From Candidatus Thorarchaeota archaeon (GTDB lineage: Archaea; Asgardarchaeota; Thorarchaeia; Thorarchaeales; Thorarchaeaceae), in assembly GCA_003345555.1 (NCBI GenBank), contig PRDJ01000039.1:1-32000 (forward strand): a DNA stretch of 32,000 nucleotides, read 5' to 3'. The notes under the pieces are model-generated. The model did not search any database. It was not told the DNA's origin and saw only the letters and a program-made list of their open reading frames with translations. The position numbers and the translations under genes were made by a program. Shown in pieces: positions 9,936-18,250 of the stretch; the stretch's first letter is position 1, and every line of letters starts with the position of its first letter.

Positions 9936-10475
9936 ATGATAGCAAGCACGAAATCACAGAATATCATTGTGCTTTCCATGATTGTAATAGGTGTTATTAG
10001 CGGCGCCTGCCTAGTTTCGAATACTTACTCCTATGATGGCAGCTATGCCCTCCCTAGGCAACTAGCCGTGGGGCTTGTGGATATCCAGATAGCAAACCTC
10101 GACCCCTCAAACGAATCCATAAACCCAGGCCTTGTCATGGTTTTCAACCTTAAGGCTCCCGATTTCACGAATGGGCGAATGACTCTCACCCGCCTCTTGG
10201 CTTCTGTGCTCTTGAACAATGAGTCAATCGCATATGAGACGTTCCAGAATGTGGTTCCTCTTTCTGAGAGGAGTGTCACGGCAGGATACAACAAGAACCT
10301 CACAGTTGGCAGCACGGTTTTCGAGCTGGTTGACAAGCAGATTCTGTATGATGCCTCATTGAGTGGGAACTGGACGTTCGATGTGACCCTCACTGTAAGC
10401 TACTATCTATTTCAGGGTACGACGGGGTCTTGGCGAGTCTTCAATTTCGTCTATGAGGGGTACACACCGATTTGA
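9936..10475 (+). CDS. Hypothetical secreted or N-terminally anchored protein
   Basis: 179-aa ORF with an N-terminal hydrophobic helix, a beta-rich body and several N-x-S/T sequons. Confidence 0.7.
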   Translation: MIASTKSQNIIVLSMIVIGVISGACLVSNTYSYDGSYALPRQLAVGLVDIQIANLDPSNESINPGLVMVFNLKAPDFTNGRMTLTRLLASVLLNNESIAYETFQNVVPLSERSVTAGYNKNLTVGSTVFELVDKQILYDASLSGNWTFDVTLTVSYYLFQGTTGSWRVFNFVYEGYTPI

Positions 10476-10483
10476 GAGATCAG

Positions 10484-11506
10484 TTAGTGTGGACGTGCGA
10501 GCCTAGCCTTAAGGTCTGCAATCCTGTCCACACGAAGAGAATCGACGCCTCTGATGTCCGCCAGTTCGACTGAAACGGTGTCAAGGTAATGCGTCATAGC
10601 TAGTGCTTCCTCCACGCTGGATTCAGCGTCAACCATGACGCGGACCGGTCTGCAGCCCATGTCAGAGTATATCTCTGATACAGCATCGAGTCTTCTTGCC
10701 ATTCGCTTCTCTTCATACCTGCTTCTTAGGAATATAGGGACTATAGAATGATCAAGATAAGAAGCAGATGCTTCGATTTCGTTGTGGCTGGCTTCGGGCA
10801 TTTCTGACCACATCGACACACCCTTTGTATTCTCACATATCTGGCACTTGGCTCTGTAAGCGACAGCCGCTAGGTGTTTGCATCCTGCGAAGAGAGGTAT
10901 TGAGTTACCGAGCATTCGCGCAAGGTCGCCCGGGGACTGGCCCTTCTTTCCCCATGATTCTGCGGATCTTGATAGCTTTCTCGAGATTGCTTCAAAGTCT
11001 GTCTTTGCAAGATCCACGAGAGTTTCAACTAGCGTATGAAGGCCGCAGAACACTAGGGGAAGTGCTGCACGTGGCTGGAGCCCTTCCGGTATGAGGTGCG
11101 TAGTTCCTGCTTTTGCTCGTCGGGCAAGTTCGCCGCCTGCGGTGATATTGAGGACGGTGGCTTTCCTCGCCGCGGCCATTTCAAATGAAGAGAGAGTCTC
11201 TTCCGTGTTGCCTGAGTAACTGGTCACAATGACCGCCCAGTCCTTGCCGACTGCTGCTGGAATCGAGTAGTCTCTCGTTATGAGAACAGGTATCGGCGAC
11301 TCATCGATCACTAGACTACGTGAGATTTCGCCTGCGATTGCACTTCCTCCGATGCCGCACAAGCAGAGTCCTCTGATTCCACGGCGTGATGCTCTTGATG
11401 CATTCTGCTCTAAGGTCCCATCCAGTCTGCCTGCTACCAGAAGCTGAGGGAACGCCGCCACCATGCTTCTCATGCTGCCTAGGTCAATTCCATCCAATCC
11501 TTTCAT
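10484..11506 (-). CDS. Bifunctional phosphoglucose/phosphomannose isomerase (archaeal SIS-fold PGI/PMI)
   Basis: GIGGSAIAG, SYSGNTEET, GLQPRAA, ENTK, EASHN motifs. Confidence 0.88.
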   Translation of the reverse strand: MKGLDGIDLGSMRSMVAAFPQLLVAGRLDGTLEQNASRASRRGIRGLCLCGIGGSAIAGEISRSLVIDESPIPVLITRDYSIPAAVGKDWAVIVTSYSGNTEETLSSFEMAAARKATVLNITAGGELARRAKAGTTHLIPEGLQPRAALPLVFCGLHTLVETLVDLAKTDFEAISRKLSRSAESWGKKGQSPGDLARMLGNSIPLFAGCKHLAAVAYRAKCQICENTKGVSMWSEMPEASHNEIEASASYLDHSIVPIFLRSRYEEKRMARRLDAVSEIYSDMGCRPVRVMVDAESSVEEALAMTHYLDTVSVELADIRGVDSLRVDRIADLKARLARPH

Positions 11507-11778
11507 AGGACCGCCCTAGTTCAATGTCCGTTGGCTTGGCCTAAATAAGATTGTCCGCATTATTCACCGTGGTTTGAATCCGTAGTTTGTGGGTTAACGC
11601 CAGCGCCAGAGGCGAGACAGATGTCGACCATCTGGGTGTTCGTACGCGAAAACTGGTCTCAAGCGCGGGCTCAAGACCGATATCTATTAGGTCACAGACG
11701 AAAGGCAAGACTAATAGATGGATGGCATTTGCATTCATCCAGCCGACTGCCTGCTTGCAGGACATCGGAGGTCCACAA

Positions 11779-12279
11779 ATGGGAATAAAGAAAACAGCCG
11801 CCACAAGGGGTTTGATACCTGCAGGCAATAAGGTCACCGAACTCAGAGGCAACCTGATTCGGGTTATGACTGAAGTGCCTATAGTTATTGAAGAGAGGTT
11901 CGGTCAGAAAGGTCTTGACGCTGTCTCTGAAGTGTTTAGAAGGCTTGGGCAAGAGGACGCCGAAGCCATGAAGGCACGTTTGGGTCTCCATGACACGCTG
12001 AAAGACTCTCTTAATGCTTGGAAGGTCATAGGTCCCATAATGGGCGCCAGAATGGAGCCTCACTGGGTGTCGAAGGACCGCGTGGAGGCTTTCCATCCAT
12101 ACTGTCCTCAACATGAGGAGTTTGTCGCTCACGGCAAGGTCTATTGCGATGTGGTATGCCTCCCATACATGAAAGCATTGGCAGAAGGCGTCGCCCCAAG
12201 CGTGAAGATGGAGGTTGTCAGAGCTGCCACTAAAGATGCTACGTGTGTGAAGGCTTTGGTTACTCAGTCAACCGAATAG
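11779..12279 (+). CDS. V4R/ATC-hydrolase-like small ligand-binding domain protein
   Basis: SD GGAGGT 11767-11772 before ATG 11779; spaced Cys pattern HPYCPQH..YCDVVC..ATC with alpha/beta layout. Confidence 0.6.
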   Translation: MGIKKTAATRGLIPAGNKVTELRGNLIRVMTEVPIVIEERFGQKGLDAVSEVFRRLGQEDAEAMKARLGLHDTLKDSLNAWKVIGPIMGARMEPHWVSKDRVEAFHPYCPQHEEFVAHGKVYCDVVCLPYMKALAEGVAPSVKMEVVRAATKDATCVKALVTQSTE

Positions 12280-12377
12280 AAAAACAGAGAATGGATGCGG
12301 CGAGCCGCACGCGAGGTGGGCCCAACTCTACCGCTCGGCTGACTCGCTCGTTCAAGAATGTAGGATGTCTGGCTCAA

Positions 12378-13127
12378 GTGAGGCAGGGACACGACAATCG
12401 ACAGGAGCGGCCCAAGCTAAGGGCAGTGATATTCGATCTCGATGGTACGCTGACAGTACTCACTCTTCCTCTCGAAGCTATGCGCAGAGAGACCAAGCGA
12501 TACCTTTACGATAGGGGTTTGCCAAAGGGGATGATAGATCAATCCGACGGCATTTCGAGTTCCATATTCAAGGCAAAGTCTTACTTCCTATCTCATGACA
12601 TGACTCCAGCTCAATGGCGACAGCTGGAAGAACACATAGAGTCAATGCTAAGCGGGTATGAGGCTGGTGCGGCCAAGGACGTAAGACCGATTGACGGAGC
12701 GCTTGACGCTGTTGGCCTGCTGAAGGCAAGAGGTCTCAAGACAGCTATATTGACAAACAATGGTCGCCAAGCCGTTGACATCGTGCTTGAAATCATACCC
12801 ATGGCTTGTCTCTTCGATGTTATCCAAACTAGAAACGAGTCTCCCACACCAAAGCCCTTTCCTGATGGTCTGACGGCGATAGTCAGCAAACTGGGCGTGG
12901 ATTTGAGCGAGACCATATACGTCGGAGACGCCCCAATAGATGCGGTCGCAGCGGCGAGGGCTGGAATCGACTTCTGGGGAGTGACAACTGGAGAAACAAG
13001 TCGGGAGATCCTGTTATCAGCTGGGGCCCAATTGGTCGCGAGTTCTCTGCACGATATGATTCCATCAGTTGACGCTCGTTTAGGGCGTCGTCTCCGGAGA
13101 ACGCCAAACCTTCCGTCAGGTAATTAG
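12378..13127 (+). CDS. HAD-family hydrolase (phosphoglycolate-phosphatase-like)
   Basis: Motif I FDLDGTL, motif II TNN, motif III KP, motif IV GD..D. Start uncertain (GTG 12378 or ATG 12291). Confidence 0.85.
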   Translation: MRQGHDNRQERPKLRAVIFDLDGTLTVLTLPLEAMRRETKRYLYDRGLPKGMIDQSDGISSSIFKAKSYFLSHDMTPAQWRQLEEHIESMLSGYEAGAAKDVRPIDGALDAVGLLKARGLKTAILTNNGRQAVDIVLEIIPMACLFDVIQTRNESPTPKPFPDGLTAIVSKLGVDLSETIYVGDAPIDAVAAARAGIDFWGVTTGETSREILLSAGAQLVASSLHDMIPSVDARLGRRLRRTPNLPSGN

Positions 13128-13200
13128 GCAAGGCATCACAAGCTAGATTGATCCGTCTGTACCAGAGCTGTTGGTTTCTAGGCGGATTAGCGCCATCCTT

Positions 13201-14322
13201 ATGAAGCACAATCGGGTTGAATCTTCTAGGTCGACCTTCTTGAAACCGTTTTTCGTTGTAGGAACAAGGCCCGAGATTGTAAAGATGTCCCCAGTTATTC
13301 ATGAATGTGAGCGACGAGGAATCGAGTACTATCTCTTGCACACAGGGCAGCATTATACAGAGACCCTGAGTGAGTCGTTCTTTGTAGACATGGGTCTGCG
13401 CGAACCCGACAAGAACCTGAACATTGGTTCGGGGTCTCAGGCGGAACAGACTGCCAAAGCGCTCATTGGAATTGAAAAGGAGTTGCTCAGAGAGACCCCA
13501 AGTTTCGTAGCCGTCGAGGGAGATACAAACGCCGTCATGTCCGGAGCACTCGCTGCTGTCAAACTGCATATCCCTCTTGCTCATGTCGAGGCAGGACTCA
13601 GAAGTTATGATAAGAGAATGCCCGAGGAGTATAACCGAAGACTAACAGATCATGCATCTGATTACCTATTCGCACCCACTGAACGCTCTGCTGATATCCT
13701 TAGGCAGGAGCATGTCATGGGAGAGATCTTTGTCACTGGCAACACAGTGATAGACGCTCTCGAGACCATTCTGCCAAGAGCTAGGAAAAGGAAAATCCCT
13801 GTCGCCGGTCTGAAGGCGGGAAGCTTTGCTCTCATGACTCTGCACCGGGCGGAAAACGTGGACGACAAGGCTACTCTTGAGGGTCTTGTAGATGGGCTCA
13901 TTTCTCTCGACACCAAAATAGTATTCCCAGCTCATCCACGGACTGTGGCCCGTCTGAATGAGTTTGGTCTGATGAGCTTGCTTCGGAGTGGTGGATCCAT
14001 AGAGGTAATCGAGCCCCTCGGCTATCTCGATTTCCTTCGGCTCATGGACATGTGTTCTTACGTAATAACTGATTCAGGTGGGATTCAAGAAGAGGTAACG
14101 GCTCCATCTCTTAACAAGAGAGTCTTCGTGCTGCGAGTGACCACTGAGCGACCTGAGGCTGTCGAGTCTGGCCATGCAGTAGTCGTTGGTGTGGACCCTA
14201 CGAGATTTCCCGCCATGATTCGGGATGGAGTCGATTCGGGCCTTCACCCATCCAGACCCTGCCCTTACGGCTCAGGAGACGCTGCCAAGAGAATCATGGA
14301 CATTCTGATTGACAGGTTGTAG
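13201..14322 (+). CDS. wecB: UDP-N-acetylglucosamine 2-epimerase (non-hydrolysing)
   Basis: GTRPE, HTGQH, GDT, HVEAGLRS, PEEYNR, TGNT, HRAEN, DSGG. Start uncertain (ATG 13201 or TTG 13240). Confidence 0.93.
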   Translation: MKHNRVESSRSTFLKPFFVVGTRPEIVKMSPVIHECERRGIEYYLLHTGQHYTETLSESFFVDMGLREPDKNLNIGSGSQAEQTAKALIGIEKELLRETPSFVAVEGDTNAVMSGALAAVKLHIPLAHVEAGLRSYDKRMPEEYNRRLTDHASDYLFAPTERSADILRQEHVMGEIFVTGNTVIDALETILPRARKRKIPVAGLKAGSFALMTLHRAENVDDKATLEGLVDGLISLDTKIVFPAHPRTVARLNEFGLMSLLRSGGSIEVIEPLGYLDFLRLMDMCSYVITDSGGIQEEVTAPSLNKRVFVLRVTTERPEAVESGHAVVVGVDPTRFPAMIRDGVDSGLHPSRPCPYGSGDAAKRIMDILIDRL

Positions 14323-14444
14323 CGCCTTTACGAGCGATTGGCCTGTGTTCAAGCGCCTGAGTGACAAGAAAACACATTCTTCATGGCTGAAAAACCGCCA
14401 AAGAAGAGGCAAGAACGCCTTCTGAGCACCGTCTTCAGATAACG

Positions 14445-14452
14445 TTTAAAAG
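14445..14452 (+). promoter_or_regulatory. TATA box for the histone gene
   Basis: TTTAAAAG about 50 nt upstream of ATG 14502; matches the archaeal TTTAWA consensus. Confidence 0.55.
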
Positions 14453-14501
14453 GCACGTGCAGGCCATTCTACCTTACCATTAATAGTGGAGCTAAGTGCA
14501 A

Positions 14502-14672
14502 ATGAGCTTTGTAGTAAAGAGCAAGGTTCAGGAATTCGCAAAGAGCAAGGATCTACAAGTCAGCTCAGAGTTCTACGCTGCCCTCGACGCAAAGGTTCGT
14601 GACGTGCTTGAGCACGCAGCGAAGAGGACCGCAGGCAACAAGCGCAAGACCCTCAAGGATTACGATTTGTAA
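14502..14672 (+). CDS. Short histone-fold protein (56 aa, truncated alpha3)
   Basis: Below the track cutoff. MSFVVKSKVQEFAKSKDLQVSSEFYAALDAKVRDVLEHAAKRTAGNKRKTLKDYDL has the L2 motif RKTL with an Asp seven residues after the Arg (R-D clamp), plus its own TATA box and terminator. Confidence 0.85.
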   Translation: MSFVVKSKVQEFAKSKDLQVSSEFYAALDAKVRDVLEHAAKRTAGNKRKTLKDYDL

Positions 14673-14686
14673 ACCAGGTGGTCGAC

Positions 14687-14737
14687 GGGAGGGGAGGCAA
14701 GCTTAGGCTGCTTCCCGCCTCCCTTTTCCTTTTTCAT
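14687..14737 (+). terminator. Imperfect GC-rich stem-loop plus T-tract after the histone gene
   Basis: GGGAGGGGAGGCAAGC-TTAG-GCTGCTTCCCGCCTCCC followed by TTTTCCTTTTT. Confidence 0.6.
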
Positions 14738-14797
14738 CCGCTATTCTTATGAACCGTGTGGGGTCACGTCGGAGTCAGCAAGGCTTGGGAGAACCGA

Positions 14798-15589
14798 TTG
14801 TTGCATAAGATATGCTTGACGAACGACGATGGTCCAGCGAGTCCCGGGCTGTTGAGTCTTGCAGAGCATCTGAAAGATACCGCAGACCTGATTGTTGTCG
14901 TGCCCGACGGGCAAAGAAGCGCCTCCGGGAAGGGACAGACGCTGAATCGTCCGCTAAGAGTGACTCATGATGCCAACGCTATTGGCTACAGAATGATTAC
15001 CCACGATGGTCTGCCTGCCGACTCCGTGGTCATGGCTCAGCACTTCGCTAAGAATCTCGATCTCTTCGTGTCGGGCATAAACGCCGGTGCAAATGCGGGA
15101 TATCAAAGCATTCTCACAAGTGGCACAGTGGGAGCAGCAATCGAAGCCGCTCTGAGGGGTTATCCGGCTGTCGCGATATCCATGGAGGTCTCCTCCGACA
15201 ATTGGTTCTCGCAATCTGGAAAGGACACGGATTTTCATGTGATTTGTGAGATGGCAACACGCATCATCAATCGGATTCTTGAAACGGGCATGCCAAGAAA
15301 CACAAGTGTACTGAACCTGAACTTTCCGCGCGAAATCACCGACAGGACGCGGGTAGTCGTGACAAGACCAGCGAAAGCTCGGTTGAAGGACGAAATCGAA
15401 CGTAGGATTGACCCGAATGGTAGTCCCTACTACTGGGTTCGCGGTGTCGAAATCACTCCCCCAAAGGACACGGACGTTTATGAGGTCTTGACAAGAGGCA
15501 ACATTTCTCTCTCTCCGATTACCATCGAGGGCGTGACCGACGCCGAGCTCGACGCTGTGAGGGACTTCGTAAGGTCTCTATCTTTGTGA
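14798..15589 (+). CDS. surE: 5'/3'-nucleotidase SurE
   Basis: LTNDDG, QRSASG, GLPADSV, SGINAGAN, SGTVGAAIEA, PYYW. Start probably TTG 14798 or 14801 after GGGAG. Confidence 0.92.
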   Translation: MLHKICLTNDDGPASPGLLSLAEHLKDTADLIVVVPDGQRSASGKGQTLNRPLRVTHDANAIGYRMITHDGLPADSVVMAQHFAKNLDLFVSGINAGANAGYQSILTSGTVGAAIEAALRGYPAVAISMEVSSDNWFSQSGKDTDFHVICEMATRIINRILETGMPRNTSVLNLNFPREITDRTRVVVTRPAKARLKDEIERRIDPNGSPYYWVRGVEITPPKDTDVYEVLTRGNISLSPITIEGVTDAELDAVRDFVRSLSL

Positions 15590-16577
15590 GGGCGCCCCAT
15601 AGTGCGTCTGTGATAGGTCGGGGAAGAGTGCTTCTGCTTTTTCCCGATACGACCTCGCGCTTGCTCCGATCTTGGACTATGGTGCCTATGACTCTTGCCT
15701 CGATCCCATCTTTCTTGATTCTTCCGATGACTTCGTCAGCATGATTTGCATTGCAGGTCACAATCATACATCCGCTACTGATGAGTTCGAGCGGGTTTAT
15801 GTCGAGTTCGCGGCAGATCGATGCCGTTGAAGGATGAATGGGCACAGCATCGAGGTCCATCTCAAATCCAACATCGCTTGCATCACATACCTCATGTACG
15901 CCCCCAGCAAGACCTCCTTCCGTGGGATCGTGCATTGCAGTCACATAACCGGTCTTGAAGGCGGCCAGGCCTTCTCTGACTACGCTGATTTCATTTCGGA
16001 GGCGGCGTGCCTCACCAAGCATGGGCTGGCCGATTGCACCAGAGAGAACTTCTGCCCCTTCTGCCGCGAGGATAGCTGTCCCTTCAAGGCCTACGGTCTT
16101 AGTAATGATGATTGAGTCGCCGGGTTGTGCGCCAGAAGAGGTCACGTATTGTCCTTCACGCGTGATTCCCAGCATGAACCCTGCTACTATCGGCCTATCT
16201 GTGCCTCCGGTTACCTCCGTATGTCCCCCCGCTACTGCTATTCCCAGCGACTTAGAAGCATCATCAATCTGTTCCATGATTGGGCCAATGTCCACTTCGG
16301 CGCTGCCGCTTGGCAGCATTATCGATGCAAAGAACCATCTCGGAGCAACTCCAAAGGTTGCTATGTCGTTGGCATTAACATGGACCGAGAGCCAACCAAC
16401 GTCCTCAATAGAGCCAGTTATTGGATCCGTGGAGGCAACGAGGATACTCTCTCCAATTCTGATTAGTGCGGCATCTCGACCAGTGCCGGGGCCGAGCACC
16501 AAGTCGGGGTCCTTCCTGCCCAATCTTGTAAAAACAAGACTCTCTAGCACATCCGTGGGGAGTTTTCCGTGAAGCAC
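15519..16577 (-). CDS. AIR synthase-related (PurM/HypE/ThiL superfamily) protein
   Basis: GPGTGRDAA, STDPI, NANDIA, GGHTE, MHDPTEGGL motifs. Specific reaction not assignable. Confidence 0.85.
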   Translation of the reverse strand: MLHGKLPTDVLESLVFTRLGRKDPDLVLGPGTGRDAALIRIGESILVASTDPITGSIEDVGWLSVHVNANDIATFGVAPRWFFASIMLPSGSAEVDIGPIMEQIDDASKSLGIAVAGGHTEVTGGTDRPIVAGFMLGITREGQYVTSSGAQPGDSIIITKTVGLEGTAILAAEGAEVLSGAIGQPMLGEARRLRNEISVVREGLAAFKTGYVTAMHDPTEGGLAGGVHEVCDASDVGFEMDLDAVPIHPSTASICRELDINPLELISSGCMIVTCNANHADEVIGRIKKDGIEARVIGTIVQDRSKREVVSGKSRSTLPRPITDALWGALTKIETLRSPSQRRARRRSRPRW

Positions 16578-16772
16578 AATGGACAGCTCCTTTCTTTCAA
16601 CAGGGGGCGCATCAGTCCTGTACCATGATGCATGAAAAGCTGATTCATCGAAAACCCGCTAGGGGCTCTCCTCACTCACTATGACATCAGGCTGCTCTCG
16701 GACTGCATGCGCCCATTGAAGGAATCTGTCTTATGTTAAAAAACAATCGAGTCATCGCCGCTTGCGTTGGCA

Positions 16773-18203
16773 CTACTTGGCTACGTACGTTTCGGCTCTT
16801 CTCAGGTTCTGCGTGTTGTGCCTGTTCTGAGGTTGAGTTCCCTTTAGCATGAAACCTAGAGCTGAACGCTGCGCGAGAATCTCGCCTGAAAGGAACGCCT
16901 TACCACCACTTGCTCTTGCCACAAGAAAGGCACCAAACGATTTTCGGAACTCAGGAATACTGATGACAGTCTCTATGGAATCCTGAAAGCCTTCCTTTTT
17001 AGCCCTCAGCAACACTGCCAGTTCCATTGCATCGTGGTACGGCCTCTTGAGGAGCTTCGACCACTTTGACTGTTCGGCGTCAACGTTTACTGCTGCCAAT
17101 CGCACTCTCTGAGTTCTAAGCAATCTCGCGGCCCTTACGATATCGTGTACCGGAGAATAAGTGACATCCTCATGGTGTAAGGACGCGACCAATGGTATGT
17201 TGGGTGAGAAGTCCGAGACCATGATGATGAGAGACTCACCATTGCCTGCTCTAATGCGTTCTCGTCGTACTGTCTCCAAAGCCTTTGCCAGTCCGTCTGC
17301 CAGTGGTGTGAGACCAGAGATTCTGAGGCAAGCGAGAGCTCTGAATATCCTGTTCCAGTTTGAGGTCGGTGTCTGAACTTGGACTGCGCCGCTGTCCTTG
17401 AAGGCGACTATTCCAATCCTATCTTTCGAACCTCTCGTTTCCTGTTCGATTTTCTCCACGAGCCTGCGCACTTCATTCATGCTGCCTTTCATTGACAGAC
17501 TTGCATCAATGACAAGAATGATTGTAAGGGGAGCTCTTTGAGACAGAACCTTCTCTCGCAAATCCTCATCGCATATCTTCAGTCTCTCATGTCCTCTCGT
17601 CTTGCCCGTTCTGAGCGCGGCGGCAACAATGGTAGATCTAATGCTTGGCGTGGACACTTCACCATGAGGCATTCTTGCACGAACGAATCTGCCTGTTTGC
17701 CTGCTTTCCGACGCCTTGAGCGAACCCATGGCTCTAGAACTCACTCGCTTTCGGCACCAATTGCCTGATGACACGCTTGAACGCATCATCCCATGGGAGT
17801 GAAGCCGTTCTGGGTCGAAGAGGTTCTCGCCACTGGCTATGTCTGGGGGTTTCATGAAAAAACTCATATCGAGTCCGGTTGGACTGCTTCTGATGTCTGA
17901 CTTGGGACCGGTGATCTTTGGAGGCACCGTTGGTGTGTACGGGTGTGTTGCTTCTCCCCACTCGTCGCCTTGATCCGGCGTCGCGCCTTGGGGCTCCACA
18001 ACGTCAATTCCTGCCGCTGGTCCGCTCTCTCGTCTCATCATTCCCCTCAGCCAAGCACGAACGAGATAGTAGGCGCATGGGATGTACACGATGGTGTCTA
18101 GTGCCAGTACAAAGGGGCTCGGAAATGTGGCAGGGTTCAGGCCGTATATGAGGTTAATGGGACTGAAGAATATCCAGGCAAAATAAGTGAAGCCCACCAC
18201 CAT
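16773..18203 (-). CDS. ChlD-type vWA (integrin-I) domain ORF with an N-terminal TM hairpin; probably the 3' part of a frameshift fusion with the upstream AAA+ ORF
   Basis: ChlD-like GRFVRARMP..STIVAAALR..DLREKV; MIDAS DASLS, T (GLTPL), D (VSDF). The frame is open upstream of ATG 18203 through the A9 run to a TGA near 18338. Confidence 0.85.
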   Translation of the reverse strand: MVVGFTYFAWIFFSPINLIYGLNPATFPSPFVLALDTIVYIPCAYYLVRAWLRGMMRRESGPAAGIDVVEPQGATPDQGDEWGEATHPYTPTVPPKITGPKSDIRSSPTGLDMSFFMKPPDIASGENLFDPERLHSHGMMRSSVSSGNWCRKRVSSRAMGSLKASESRQTGRFVRARMPHGEVSTPSIRSTIVAAALRTGKTRGHERLKICDEDLREKVLSQRAPLTIILVIDASLSMKGSMNEVRRLVEKIEQETRGSKDRIGIVAFKDSGAVQVQTPTSNWNRIFRALACLRISGLTPLADGLAKALETVRRERIRAGNGESLIIMVSDFSPNIPLVASLHHEDVTYSPVHDIVRAARLLRTQRVRLAAVNVDAEQSKWSKLLKRPYHDAMELAVLLRAKKEGFQDSIETVISIPEFRKSFGAFLVARASGGKAFLSGEILAQRSALGFMLKGTQPQNRHNTQNLRRAETYVAK

Positions 18204-18250
18204 TATGACCGCACAAATGGTTCCCCTTATTGGGTCACCACGGGGTCTCC

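Noticed and set aside
11587-11778. N-terminal extension of track ORF 11587..12279
   Set aside because: The GGAGGT SD before ATG 11779 and the non-protein-like, hairpin-rich upstream sequence favour the shorter gene.
15519-15589. 71-bp convergent overlap of surE and the AIR-synthase-like gene
   Set aside because: Both core domains are complete; the overlap is a low-complexity tail. Convergent overlaps also occur at 20685-20713 and 26314-26317, so this is ordinary for a compact genome.
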